Positions 40,865 through 51,157 of a stretch of 64,000 nt of DNA are shown one piece after another. The stretch lies in IMG/VR virus record IMGVR_UViG_3300028535_000001. One strand, given 5' to 3'. A program made the translations under genes and the position numbers. Every line of letters begins with the position of its first letter. Positions within the stretch are counted from its first letter, which is position 1. Below the pieces are notes generated by a model that saw only the letters and a program-made list of their open reading frames with translations, was not told where the DNA came from and searched no databases. The stretch comes from a virus.

Positions 40865-41292
40865 TATTTTTTCTCCACATGTGTTGCTTCACCTTTTTCA
40901 GTATCTATCCATTCTACCACTTGTGTATATTTTTTTGACTTAGCACATGTAGTCCTACATGCATTTGGTCCTATATTATTTGATAAGTCTTCTGCAAATT
41001 GTTTCCATTGTTTTGATTTTAATATATCTTCTATTTTATTGTTATCATCTATAACACTTGCTTTCAACATATCTTGCATTAATGGGTCGTTCATTGTATT
41101 TGGATCGTCAATTCTACAACAAGGTAGTAATACACCTTGATTAGAAACTGCTAAAGCAATTGCGTCTTTAAAACATAAAGGGTCTAACTCAATATCTCCT
41201 TTTGCTCTTAATGGTGATTTAGCTCCTAAAGAGTTATTGATTCTTCTAATATCAGCAGACCTATTAATTCCTCCAATTCTTTTTTTAATCAT
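40864..41292 (-). CDS. Stand-alone SPASM/twitch-like Fe-S protein (partner 3)
   Basis: PLC...LAVSNQGVLLPCCRID...CRTTC. Confidence 0.65.
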   Translation of the reverse strand: MIKKRIGGINRSADIRRINNSLGAKSPLRAKGDIELDPLCFKDAIALAVSNQGVLLPCCRIDDPNTMNDPLMQDMLKASVIDDNNKIEDILKSKQWKQFAEDLSNNIGPNACRTTCAKSKKYTQVVEWIDTEKGEATHVEKK

Positions 41293-42037
41293 CTCCGTTT
41301 TTCCTATCAAAACAACCACCCCTTACACACTCCTCAATGGATTGATGTTCGCTATGGTCATTTAATGTACTTTTTGTTTTAGGCTTTAACCAATCATCAT
41401 CATCTGTCCATCTTGCACTATTAATTATTATAAAATTAACATCATTATCTTTGGCCATTTTCATTGCTTGCCCAATACTCCTTTCATTATAACTGAATAT
41501 AATATATTGCCATAATGGTTTTGTGGAAAGATACTTTTTACTTTCTAACATAATCTTAAATAGTTTTTCGCCATCTTGATTTTTTCTATATATTCTACTA
41601 TCTTCAGGCATGCCATCTATACCAAATATCCAATTTGCTTTAGGGTTTGCTTGAAAGGCATTGATATAATGTTGCATAGGTTTTAAAGATGAAGCTACAT
41701 GTACTTCAACTTTAGTACCACGTTCTTTTGTGATTTTTAATAATTCGTTTATTTTTGGGTGATGTATTGGGTCTGAATATTGACCACAAAAAGATATTCT
41801 TGTAAACCAATCCAATAATTTATTAAATTCAGGTATTGTTAAATCTCTGCCTGGTACTTTAAGGCCTTTGTATAAGTAACTTCTTTGACGACCACAACGT
41901 AAACATTCTAATGGACACCTATGAGATAGATCAATGTTTAAACGTTTATGTCTTCTATCAAAAAAGGAATTTTCCTTTATTTTGATACCGTGTTCTTTAA
42001 AACACATGTCTATCTTTTCTCTATTCGTTTCAATCAT
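41285..42037 (-). CDS. Short radical SAM protein (paralogue 3)
   Basis: HRCPLECLRC, FCGQYSDPIHHP. Confidence 0.85.
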   Translation of the reverse strand: MIETNREKIDMCFKEHGIKIKENSFFDRRHKRLNIDLSHRCPLECLRCGRQRSYLYKGLKVPGRDLTIPEFNKLLDWFTRISFCGQYSDPIHHPKINELLKITKERGTKVEVHVASSLKPMQHYINAFQANPKANWIFGIDGMPEDSRIYRKNQDGEKLFKIMLESKKYLSTKPLWQYIIFSYNERSIGQAMKMAKDNDVNFIIINSARWTDDDDWLKPKTKSTLNDHSEHQSIEECVRGGCFDRKNGDD

Positions 42038-42054
42038 AATATAAAACTATTTAG

Positions 42055-42378
42055 TTAAATACTAAAAGATGTTCCACAACCACATGATGATTTAGTATTA
42101 GGGTTTTTGAATTGGAAAGAACTACCAAAGATTTCTTCTTTGTAATCCAACTCCATACCTGCGACATATATTTCAAATAGATTATCTATTACTACTAGAT
42201 TGTCAACTATAATATCATCTTTAGTTGGTGTCTTTTCAAATTCGTTTGGTATAAATGACCATTCGTATTCGTGACCTGCACAGCCACCACCTTTTACTTC
42301 TAGTCTAACATAATCTACTTTATGTTTTTCTTTTAAAATATTTAAATGTGCTTTCGCACCTTCCGTTAATGTAATCAT
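42055..42378 (-). CDS. A-type Fe-S carrier (IscA/SufA/HesB)
   Basis: GGGCAG, NPN.KSSCGCGTSF. Confidence 0.93.
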   Translation of the reverse strand: MITLTEGAKAHLNILKEKHKVDYVRLEVKGGGCAGHEYEWSFIPNEFEKTPTKDDIIVDNLVVIDNLFEIYVAGMELDYKEEIFGSSFQFKNPNTKSSCGCGTSFSI

Positions 42379-42387
42379 AATTTTCCT

Positions 42388-42660
42388 TTAGATAGGCATA
42401 CCAGTTTGTTTACCTATTTTAGGCTCTTCACCTAATATACTTCTATCTTGTTCTGTAGTATTATTTAGGTAAGTTTCATATTGCTCTTTTGTTAAACAAT
42501 AACATTGACCTACACTAGTAGGATATTTTTTATTATACTCTTGACTTATCACCACTGATTGTTGATAACAGTTATCATATGTTTCAAATGGTACTTCGTT
42601 GTGTATCGTCTGACAAGCAGTCCCTATACACATCATAATAACAAGAAAAAATTCTCCCAT
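42388..42660 (-). CDS. Hypothetical Cys-containing protein
   Basis: GGAGG RBS; 90 aa. Confidence 0.6.
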   Translation of the reverse strand: MGEFFLVIMMCIGTACQTIHNEVPFETYDNCYQQSVVISQEYNKKYPTSVGQCYCLTKEQYETYLNNTTEQDRSILGEEPKIGKQTGMPI

Positions 42661-42688
42661 TTTTCGTTCCTCCTAGAACTATCGGAAC

Positions 42689-42997
42689 TTAATTCCGATT
42701 TTTTTTACTTAACTCACCTTCATATTGCGCTAATAGCTTTTTACAGATACCGTACCAATAGATACCCGAGTCTCTTAGCATTTCATTGGAAGATCGTAGA
42801 CGTTCCAACTTGCGTTCTAAAACATCAAGACGGACCTTTGTTAATTTCTTCGTGCCATTATGTAAATGTTCAAGAGTCATAATTATATTATCAATGTCTG
42901 TACACGTATAATTCGGTACCTTCGGTGCCTTCTTCTTAAATGCCAACAAAGCATACTTAATATCGTGATATGTTACTTTGTTATTTTTATGCTCCAC
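42689..42997 (-). CDS. Hypothetical protein
   Basis: AAGGAG RBS; late promoter at 43087-43094. Confidence 0.6.
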   Translation of the reverse strand: MEHKNNKVTYHDIKYALLAFKKKAPKVPNYTCTDIDNIIMTLEHLHNGTKKLTKVRLDVLERKLERLRSSNEMLRDSGIYWYGICKKLLAQYEGELSKKNRN

Positions 42998-43276
42998 TAT
43001 ATCTCCTTACAATTTATTTTTTTATTAATAAATCACGTCAGAAATATTAGATATAGAATGAAATAGTTGGTAAATACCAACACTTATATTTATAAAAGAT
43101 TAGTGTAAAAAGTGAAAATTGTTTTTGCGATTAGTAATCAATGACCGATCAGTGTCCGGCCTATAGGGCTTTGGAGCCTTCCTTGAAACTCAACACCGTT
43201 ATATATGTTTTGTAAGATTTATAGGCCTAGTGTCTAATAGAATAATAATAACAAGTTAATACTCCTAAATACTTGT

Positions 43277-43837
43277 ATGAAATGGATGACCAACGATAAA
43301 CCAAAGAGTTGTCCTGATAGTAATAATCATTTTAAATACCAGAAAGAATCTGATCCTTTATACTACCAGGAACATAACGCCTTTAATGACGAAGAAATAA
43401 AACGTATAATAGAATGTGAGAAAACCGATCCTTGGTTACTTGAAAGATTATACCACTATATGAATAAAGCTAATGATAAAGGTTGGCATTACAGTATAGA
43501 TGGTGAACAAATACAATTACATAATTATAAACCAGGTAATCAATACATGTGGCATAGAGACGGAATATGTGGCCACAATAGTGTAATAAAGAACCTTGCT
43601 GATCCATTACATAATCTTACAAGAAAAATATCAATGACTATATTACTTAATGAACCATCTGAATTTACAGGTGGTAAGTTTCAAATAAAGAAACATGATA
43701 TAGAAGACTTTACAATAGATATGAAAAAGGGAACTGTTATTGTATTCCCTGCTTGGTTAGGCCATAGGGTAACACCTATAGAGACCGGCGAAAGACATAG
43801 TTTGCCTGTGTTCTTTTATGGAAGACCCTTTATTTAA
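43277..43837 (+). CDS. 2OG-Fe(II) oxygenase (prolyl-hydroxylase/PiuC-like)
   Basis: WHRD, RKISMTILLN, GG.F, HRVTP...G.RHSL. Confidence 0.88.
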   Translation: MKWMTNDKPKSCPDSNNHFKYQKESDPLYYQEHNAFNDEEIKRIIECEKTDPWLLERLYHYMNKANDKGWHYSIDGEQIQLHNYKPGNQYMWHRDGICGHNSVIKNLADPLHNLTRKISMTILLNEPSEFTGGKFQIKKHDIEDFTIDMKKGTVIVFPAWLGHRVTPIETGERHSLPVFFYGRPFI

Positions 43838-44090
43838 GACTTCAACCAAATAATAAAGAAACCTACAATGCTTGCAATCCAGGTCATCCATATATCTTCA
43901 TAGATAAAGATAGTGTCTAAAGAAGTAATAATAATAGGGATAGAAATACTGTTATAATGGCCAATATCCCACAAATATAATATATCTTATTTGCCAGGCT
44001 TTTCATTGTTCCACATAATCAGTAAAGCTAATACTAATAAAAAAGGAAGACTTATCAATAATAAATTTATAGTTAAATCCATTAACATAA

Positions 44091-44119
44091 TCATATACTA
44101 TTTATGTGATAAAGTCAAT
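44091..44119 (-). promoter_or_regulatory. Sigma70-type promoter driving short membrane-peptide ORFs
   Basis: TTGACT-17bp-TATGAT. Confidence 0.6.
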
Positions 44120-44301
44120 GCTCCAATACGTGACGTTCCGTAGATCAACTTACAGTTGAGGCCTGCTTATCCGGCCACCGGCAATCCTGGAGGAAAAAAA
44201 TAAGATAAAGGATAATGCTAATGATTGTTATTGCAAATATAGATTAAACCTGGTGGACCCAGGATCAATAGCGCTGGCATATATGAAAAATTTTATTGAG
44301 T

Positions 44302-45573
44302 TTAAGGATTAAGGTCTATCGTAGCCCCTCTATGTGTTACTGCGCCTGTTGTGTTAGATGTCTTTGTGCCGGCCACATCTTCTTGTTTATTACCTTCTAC
44401 TAATATTGTGTAATTGCCTCCCACTTTAACATTGTAATCGCCACCTGCATTTACATTAATTCGGCCATCTTTGGTTACCATATTAATATCACCTTGATCT
44501 ACTTGTATGTTTATGTTGGCGTTCTTGCCTACATGTATATCGTAATTGTTTTCTTCTTCGCCATCTTTGTTAATGAATATTTTGTGGCGGCCATTAATAG
44601 TAATATCGGAGTTTCCTTTTATATTAGTATTGTGAGTGCCGGCGATTAACTGATAATTATCGTTGGCCACTTTGGTCACCAGGTCTCCGTTGTTGGTCAT
44701 TTCATAAGAAGTACCAGAAGTGTGGCGTTCATGTATTCGGTAATAATTTGTTCTTACCTCTTCGCCGTCAATAATTTCTATTGTATATGAATCATCAAAC
44801 TCTTTTATATGGCCTGACTCGGATTCAAACACGTGGTTATATGGGTAAACGGCATTGTAAGTGTGAGGTGTTATTTCTTCTCCTTCTTCGGATAAAACAC
44901 CAAGGCCATCGTATTGTATTTTAGGTTCTGACCAAGAAGTACTATCAGAGGCCAGTATTTCCGATCCATCGGCCGCCGTGAGTAAATCAAAATCGGCCGT
45001 TGCAATAGAAACCCAACCTTCGCCAGGTTTATTTTTATCTAAACGATTTAAAACCCTGGCCGTTAAACTGCCGTGTTCTAATTCTGTATTATGGACTGCG
45101 AGTCTATTTGTATCAGTCTCGTTAATGTTGCGAGGATATACCGACTTGTGGTAATTGTCATCATCTTCGTTATCGGCTCCGTAATCCTCAATGGCCTTAT
45201 CTTCAATATCTTCCTCTGATCTCCTAATTGGGTCATTAAATCCTACGTCAGGATTGCCATAATATTTCGGTTTACCTGGCAAACTCCCACAAACGACAGG
45301 CTCCTGGTGGCCACTGTCACGGAAATATCCCCATACCCAACTGCCTTCAACTAAAAAACTCGGTGAAGTCCCAAGGCCAGAAATACCTGGACTCTGCGTA
45401 GACAACATCACTGTCGCCCACGGTAAATCGGCCGTTGTTAATAAACTTTTATTTTCTGTATGAAAACCTAAACACCTTACTCTAAGCCGGCCTGTTTTAA
45501 TTGGGTCGTGCCTGTCCTCTACGACACCACAAAACCATGTAAACTCTGTATTCTTTCCTATAAATTTGGCCAT
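44302..45573 (-). CDS. gp5: Baseplate central spike gp5 (OB fold plus beta-helix; no lysozyme domain evident)
   Basis: GVVEDRHDP..GRLRVRCLG.H, LPWA, YPYNHV.ESESGH..EFDD, ends IDLNP. Confidence 0.9.
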   Translation of the reverse strand: MAKFIGKNTEFTWFCGVVEDRHDPIKTGRLRVRCLGFHTENKSLLTTADLPWATVMLSTQSPGISGLGTSPSFLVEGSWVWGYFRDSGHQEPVVCGSLPGKPKYYGNPDVGFNDPIRRSEEDIEDKAIEDYGADNEDDDNYHKSVYPRNINETDTNRLAVHNTELEHGSLTARVLNRLDKNKPGEGWVSIATADFDLLTAADGSEILASDSTSWSEPKIQYDGLGVLSEEGEEITPHTYNAVYPYNHVFESESGHIKEFDDSYTIEIIDGEEVRTNYYRIHERHTSGTSYEMTNNGDLVTKVANDNYQLIAGTHNTNIKGNSDITINGRHKIFINKDGEEENNYDIHVGKNANINIQVDQGDINMVTKDGRINVNAGGDYNVKVGGNYTILVEGNKQEDVAGTKTSNTTGAVTHRGATIDLNP

Positions 45574-46025
45574 TGTCTTAAATATTTTCCGATATATGTT
45601 TGTTTTTAATCTCTACACTATACGTCATTTTTACCTATTAACTTTATCCTTACGCAAATGGCCTTTATTCTTTACGTGGTCTCTATAGGCCTGCGTATTC
45701 TTATTTATTAGTGTGTTATAACCTTTCCCAATGGAATAGGCATGCGCTAGCATGACTTTAGCTATTGGCCTACCTCTGATTGCCAGTGAGTTGTGTATTC
45801 TCTGTGACCATGAAAGTGTTTTAACAAAGGCCGCCTTGAGAATAAGGTCTATGTGTCTATAAGGGTTGTTCTCTTTATTATACATTGTCATATTCATTGT
45901 TCCTTAATCTTGTCTTTAATATGTTATGGTCAAATCCTCTCGTCATGGCCTCTTATATGGCCTCCGTTAGTATATCTATCGTCAAAGCGAGCGGAGCGGT
46001 CGGAAATTTCGGAGATTCTCTAAGC

Positions 46026-47516
46026 CTATGAGAGTACACTTGGTGGACCTCCTTTATTTGCTTCAGTTATTATTGCGTCATCTAAATCATATTGTAATAC
46101 GTTGATGGCCTCGGCGTTTTCCCTACCTGTAAAGGTATCTATTTCCTCCTCTGGATATGGAACCCTTACGGCGTCCTTCATACACGTAATCGCCATTGTG
46201 TGATTATCTTTAGTAGTATCTATTTTATGTCGTATGTTCTTAACCAGGTAGCGTCCAGACATATAGGGATCGTTATCTAAAGGGTTATCAGCACCTGCCG
46301 GTTCGTATGACGGAATCTCTAATGCAACTACATCACCAGCGGACAATCCTGTGAATCCTCTTGCTGTGAGTGCTACCTGCATTGAGGCGAAAGCCAACTT
46401 TTGTGATAATCTTTTGGCCATTGTAGTACCTTTTGGAACACCTTCAAAATCATCATGTATTTTGGTTGTTGTAGATTTCATAAATGTACGAGTCTCTGCA
46501 TAATCACTAAATTGGTTACCATGATAGTTTATCACTGGCGCCATTGATTTAGTATCTGTTTTACCACCACTGCCATCATGCTCTGTATGGTGTGATTTTT
46601 CAAAGTCCAAATTGTAATCATAATCATGTATTGTATATGTTTTATCCATTAAATCGTGTGCAATAGTTCTACTTGCAAATACACCATTCCTTAAATTCTG
46701 TATTGTGTCATATTGGTTCATTATTTGAAAATTATCCACTATCTGCATTTCTTGTATGATATTGGTTACACCAGTACCACCTTTAACTGACCTTGGTTTC
46801 TTTTCAAATCGTGCAACAGCAGGTCTAGCCGCTCCATCTGTAATCGCCAACATATTTTCTAAACTTCTAAATCTATATCCTGTACTGTCTTCATAGAAAA
46901 AATAACCAGCATTATTATATCTACCTGATTCAGCTGAGTTTCCTAAACTTTGAATAAATTCAAATGGCCTTAATCCTGTTGGCACATACTTACGAGCACC
47001 TTTCGTTTCTTCTAATATTAATGTCTTATTGGATTCTATATCACGTCTGAATATATCCAGTACCATTTGATCTATAGTACCTGTCATAGATCGGTAGATT
47101 TTCTTTGTCTCGTTTGTTAATATTTCTTTAGAGGCAAAATTTAAAACATACATTTGTGTTCTTGGAGCAAGTTCTCGTCTGGCTGATATTTTATATATGT
47201 ACATAGGGTGGCCGGTCACCGATGTGAAATCAAAACCTTTTGCAATACCAGGTGTATTCAGTTTAAATTCTATTCGTTCAAACCCGGTAAGAGGTAAGTG
47301 ATTGGGAACATTTTGGTTATCTACCACTACTACATTACCTGATAGGCCTTTAGTAAATATATCCTCGTATATATTGATTTCTAGTACTTGTGATCTGATA
47401 CTAATTTTTTTTGGATTACTACCACCTTCAGCAGATATATAAGATATTAATTGTATATCTGATAAGGAAAATTGGCCAGCTTTTGTTAATGTGTCAGCGT
47501 TTATTTGATCGTACAT
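46026..47516 (-). CDS. Baseplate hub protein (gp27-like)
   Basis: INIYEDI, LPLTGFE, FFYED..GYRFRS, SGRYLVKNIRH; lies between gp53 and gp5. Confidence 0.65.
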   Translation of the reverse strand: MYDQINADTLTKAGQFSLSDIQLISYISAEGGSNPKKISIRSQVLEINIYEDIFTKGLSGNVVVVDNQNVPNHLPLTGFERIEFKLNTPGIAKGFDFTSVTGHPMYIYKISARRELAPRTQMYVLNFASKEILTNETKKIYRSMTGTIDQMVLDIFRRDIESNKTLILEETKGARKYVPTGLRPFEFIQSLGNSAESGRYNNAGYFFYEDSTGYRFRSLENMLAITDGAARPAVARFEKKPRSVKGGTGVTNIIQEMQIVDNFQIMNQYDTIQNLRNGVFASRTIAHDLMDKTYTIHDYDYNLDFEKSHHTEHDGSGGKTDTKSMAPVINYHGNQFSDYAETRTFMKSTTTKIHDDFEGVPKGTTMAKRLSQKLAFASMQVALTARGFTGLSAGDVVALEIPSYEPAGADNPLDNDPYMSGRYLVKNIRHKIDTTKDNHTMAITCMKDAVRVPYPEEEIDTFTGRENAEAINVLQYDLDDAIITEANKGGPPSVLS

Positions 47517-47518
47517 AA

Positions 47519-48043
47519 TTATTCATTTATCAATTTGTCAAATTCTTCTAATAATACAGGCAAGAAACCTGGGTTTAGTAATTTGATTTTTCTTCTTTGA
47601 TCTTGTATTCTTTGTTCATATTCTCTATTAGAAACTGATTGAGCACCAGACTCATTACTGTTTACCTCTATCATATGTGAATAATCGTTTGATTTGGTTG
47701 GACCACTTGATTGTACCTTTTCATAATGATGTATTGCGTCTGGATTGGAATACTTTGTGTCAACAAAGGATTCAAATGCTCTGAAATCTAAAGGCCAATC
47801 ATAAAAACCATCGTGACCAGCATTTGTCATTAATATAACCCAATGATATTGAGGATCACCAAAATGTTTCATTGCTGTATCTTCAGGTCTTTCACCATTT
47901 GGTACATCATACTCTTGGTATAAACTTGCCTCGTTAATTATCTTATCTCTGATTTTAACTCGTTTGAATATATCGGTAACCTGTTTGTATGTAATATTAT
48001 CGTTAGAATATTTGCCTTTTGGAAACTTTTCAAAATATGCCAT
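47519..48043 (-). CDS. gp53: Baseplate wedge protein gp53
   Basis: MAYFEKFP, GERPED.A, YHWVILMTN, DWPL, IHHYE. Confidence 0.9.
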   Translation of the reverse strand: MAYFEKFPKGKYSNDNITYKQVTDIFKRVKIRDKIINEASLYQEYDVPNGERPEDTAMKHFGDPQYHWVILMTNAGHDGFYDWPLDFRAFESFVDTKYSNPDAIHHYEKVQSSGPTKSNDYSHMIEVNSNESGAQSVSNREYEQRIQDQRRKIKLLNPGFLPVLLEEFDKLINE

Positions 48044-48044
48044 A

Positions 48045-49214
48045 TTAGAATCCCTCCGCTACAGTATGTTTAGTCATAATTTCTGTTTCACCAAACTCTA
48101 AATCCATTTTAATAATAGTTGGCGGTGCGCCTTTTTCATCTGGTATTAATGATGATACAACACCTTCGGGTGCATAATCAATATTACATGATTTTAAAAC
48201 ACAGCGGCTAACTCTTGGTATATATGAGTTTTCACTTTCTCTGTACATATATGTTATTTGAAATTCAGATGGTGTTATGAAATATCCTCCTTGAAGACCA
48301 TTTGATTGTTCAGGTAACATATGAAATCTTAACAATTGTAAAATTTTGTGTACTTGGTCTTTCTCTGACTCATCTTTTGGTGCAAATATAAATGGAAAAT
48401 TAAATGATCTAAATGGCACAGATTGGAATATCATTTCTAAATTTTGGTTCTTTGCTTGACCTAATGCTTTGTCTAATGTTTGTCTAGCATTTTCAAAACC
48501 TGGTATTATACCAATAGCCCCAAATCCAGCTGACTTCATTACTTCACCAATCAGTTGACCGCCTTTTTTACCAGCTGTTTTTATTTTATCTATCCAACCA
48601 GTTTGATTCATAACAGAACCAATAGCTTGGCCTAAATCACCTGCTAAACCTGTTTGTGTATCTTCATAACCCACACTGTAATTAAATTTCATTGACTCTG
48701 CTGGCGTATATAATATAATACTATCTGAAATATAATTATGCGTATCACCTGTTTTGGATACTAGACCAGAAGATGTTGATCTTAATCTGCTGGATTGGGA
48801 TATGCCATTTCTTTTTATGTTTGCTATTCTAGTTCTACTGCCTTTGGGTTTATGGCGAGCTTCAAAACCAGATAGTGTTTTACCACCATCTAATTGTCCA
48901 TTCTGAAAAGTCTGTTGTTTAAATTTGGATGATTTGTGAGATACAATATCAAATATAATATAATGGCCGGCACCTAAATTAGATGTTTCATTTGGATAGT
49001 ATACTGTACCATATTGATATGGATTATTTATAGACTCCATATGTGATAATGGACCTGTTGTTCCTATCTCTAACGGCGATTTGTTTAATAGTTTGGCTGC
49101 CACTTTGGTTGTTTGACCAGATGAGGCAAAGGATAATTTACTAGCAATTGCGCCAGAAACCATGTTACCTATTTTACCTTTAACTATGTTTTTGATCTTG
49201 TTTGTCCAAGCCAT
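48045..49214 (-). CDS. gp48: Baseplate tail-tube cap gp48
   Basis: ILYTP, LEMIFQSVPFRSFNF.F.FAPK, L.F.ETEI.TK; start at MAWT. Confidence 0.82.
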   Translation of the reverse strand: MAWTNKIKNIVKGKIGNMVSGAIASKLSFASSGQTTKVAAKLLNKSPLEIGTTGPLSHMESINNPYQYGTVYYPNETSNLGAGHYIIFDIVSHKSSKFKQQTFQNGQLDGGKTLSGFEARHKPKGSRTRIANIKRNGISQSSRLRSTSSGLVSKTGDTHNYISDSIILYTPAESMKFNYSVGYEDTQTGLAGDLGQAIGSVMNQTGWIDKIKTAGKKGGQLIGEVMKSAGFGAIGIIPGFENARQTLDKALGQAKNQNLEMIFQSVPFRSFNFPFIFAPKDESEKDQVHKILQLLRFHMLPEQSNGLQGGYFITPSEFQITYMYRESENSYIPRVSRCVLKSCNIDYAPEGVVSSLIPDEKGAPPTIIKMDLEFGETEIMTKHTVAEGF

Positions 49215-49240
49215 ATTTACTTCCTTTATATATACTGGTA

Positions 49241-49248
49241 TATTTATA
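49241..49248 (-). promoter_or_regulatory. Late promoter TATAAATA
   Basis: Exact consensus upstream of gp48. Confidence 0.7.
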
Positions 49249-49254
49249 ACGGAT

Positions 49255-49683
49255 ATGAAGAAATCTTTTAAAGGATTATATAAACCAGAGAACCCCAAAA
49301 AATATGTTGGTGATGTAAAGAATATAATATACCGTTCTCTTTTAGAGAGACGTATGATGGTGTATTTAGATAATAGTCACAATATAGAACATTGGGCTAG
49401 TGAAGAATTGCCTATTAGATATTATAGTCCCATTGATAATAAATGGCATAGATACTTTCCAGATTTTGTAGCAAAGACAACTAAAGGTAATAGGGTAGTA
49501 ATTGAAGTTAAACCATCACGCCAATGTGTTCCACCTAAAAAACCAACTAGCAGAAAAACTAAATCTTATATGAGAGAGTCTCTTGAATATATCAGAAATA
49601 AGGCTAAATGGCAAGCCGCTACCAAATATTGTAAAACTCAAGGTGCTGAATTTAAAATTATTACTGAAAAGGATTTAACCTAA
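49255..49683 (+). CDS. gp4: Head completion nuclease gp4
   Basis: KG.YKPENPKKY.GD..NIIYRS..ER, RYFPDF, IEVKP, NKAKW, ITEKDL. Confidence 0.92.
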   Translation: MKKSFKGLYKPENPKKYVGDVKNIIYRSLLERRMMVYLDNSHNIEHWASEELPIRYYSPIDNKWHRYFPDFVAKTTKGNRVVIEVKPSRQCVPPKKPTSRKTKSYMRESLEYIRNKAKWQAATKYCKTQGAEFKIITEKDLT

Positions 49684-51152
49684 TCTGTCCAACGACTATC
49701 CGAAGTATCTATTATAGTTCCATCTTTTGAATCATCTACAACACTAATATTTGCATTTGAAGCTTGACTGTTATCAGTAACTACGTTATTAAAAATGCTT
49801 GTATCAATACCTTTTTTTGCTAAATAATCGTTATTAGCTAAATTCAAAGCCTCAAATTCTGCTACAGCGTCTTTTTGCGCTTTCTTGTCTTCATAAAATT
49901 TTTTATTGCTGTTATATGCCAAAGGAACAGTAACTTCCAGTCCTTTATCAGCCTTATCCATTTCATCTTTGATTGTAGGTATTTTTCCAGCTGTTGCTGT
50001 AGACATTAAATCCATTTCTAAATCTGCTATCTTTGCCGTTAGTTTTGCTATCTTTTCAGGATCTTGGTCATCGGACCAGAAACCACTACCTGGAGCTGAT
50101 TTAGATTTTTCATCTGCTAATTTATTTTGTAGTTTTTTAAGTTCATCTGATTTTGCTGCTTCACCTTCCTCATCTACTAAACCTAATTTTCTACCTAACC
50201 ATGAATATTTGAACCAATCCATCAATTTTTTGAAGAATTGCCCAATTGCTTTTATCTTTGTTGCAACAAAAACAATAGCAGCAATTACCAATGCAAATTT
50301 AGCAATCAATATTAATCTAGCAAGTGAGAAAAAACCACCTATTGCTTTTAAACCTTTCCAAAGACCTTTAAATGCTTTTAAGAATATACCACCAGTTAAG
50401 AAATTAACTAGTTCTACTGAACCCTTACCTGTATCTTTCATCATATTAAAAGCTTCACCTATAGCATGAAAAGGTTCCATGAAAGCCATTTTTAATTGAT
50501 CTAAAAACATAGGCAATCCTTTAGATTTTTGTCCTGTGTTGGCAGTGACGTTAAGTGTATCGCCTGAAGTATCTTTATCTTTTTTTAATTTATCTAGTTC
50601 TTTTGTATTAGCAACTATTCTATCTTTTGTTGTTTTCTTTTCTTTATTGGATAAACTATCCCCAACCTGTAATTTTTTTCTATCTCTATCTAATTCTGTT
50701 TCTATTTTTGTAATATTCTTTTCTTTTAATTTAAATATCTTTTCTTCTTGTCTTATTTGTGATCTAGTTAATACTTCAACCTCTTTGGTCTCTTTATTAA
50801 CACGTGCAACAATATTTTGTTCTCTTAATTTTGTTACAGTCTCCTCTGACTCTCTGGCCTTTGTTTCTCTTTGTATCAATAAATCTGCCAACTCTGTACT
50901 GTATTCTCTTAAATCTAGACCTAACTTTTCAACCAATTTTTCTAATTTCACAATCACTCTTGTAAAACTATGAACAGGACCTTTCTTCAAATCAACTGTT
51001 AACTCATTTATCATTTTAGGTATATTGGGTAGAATAGTCTTAGCTGAGGCTGCAATTGAGCTGTTAACCTTTGCCTTTATTATCTGACCTAAACTGTCAA
51101 TCGCTTGTTGTGTTTGGTCTGTACCTTGGTTTTCTACTATTGGTAATGCCAT
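49680..51152 (-). CDS. Putative tape-measure-like protein (gp29 position)
   Basis: Long coiled coil plus hydrophobic segment; lies downstream of gp26/gp51. Confidence 0.5.
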   Translation of the reverse strand: MALPIVENQGTDQTQQAIDSLGQIIKAKVNSSIAASAKTILPNIPKMINELTVDLKKGPVHSFTRVIVKLEKLVEKLGLDLREYSTELADLLIQRETKARESEETVTKLREQNIVARVNKETKEVEVLTRSQIRQEEKIFKLKEKNITKIETELDRDRKKLQVGDSLSNKEKKTTKDRIVANTKELDKLKKDKDTSGDTLNVTANTGQKSKGLPMFLDQLKMAFMEPFHAIGEAFNMMKDTGKGSVELVNFLTGGIFLKAFKGLWKGLKAIGGFFSLARLILIAKFALVIAAIVFVATKIKAIGQFFKKLMDWFKYSWLGRKLGLVDEEGEAAKSDELKKLQNKLADEKSKSAPGSGFWSDDQDPEKIAKLTAKIADLEMDLMSTATAGKIPTIKDEMDKADKGLEVTVPLAYNSNKKFYEDKKAQKDAVAEFEALNLANNDYLAKKGIDTSIFNNVVTDNSQASNANISVVDDSKDGTIIDTSDSRWTD

Positions 51153-51157
51153 ATTAG

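Noticed and set aside
45631-45897. 88-aa ORF upstream of gp5
   Set aside because: No recognisable motif and atypical composition; left uncalled.
49255-49683. TnsA-like transposase or homing endonuclease
   Set aside because: Sequence and position match the core gene gp4.
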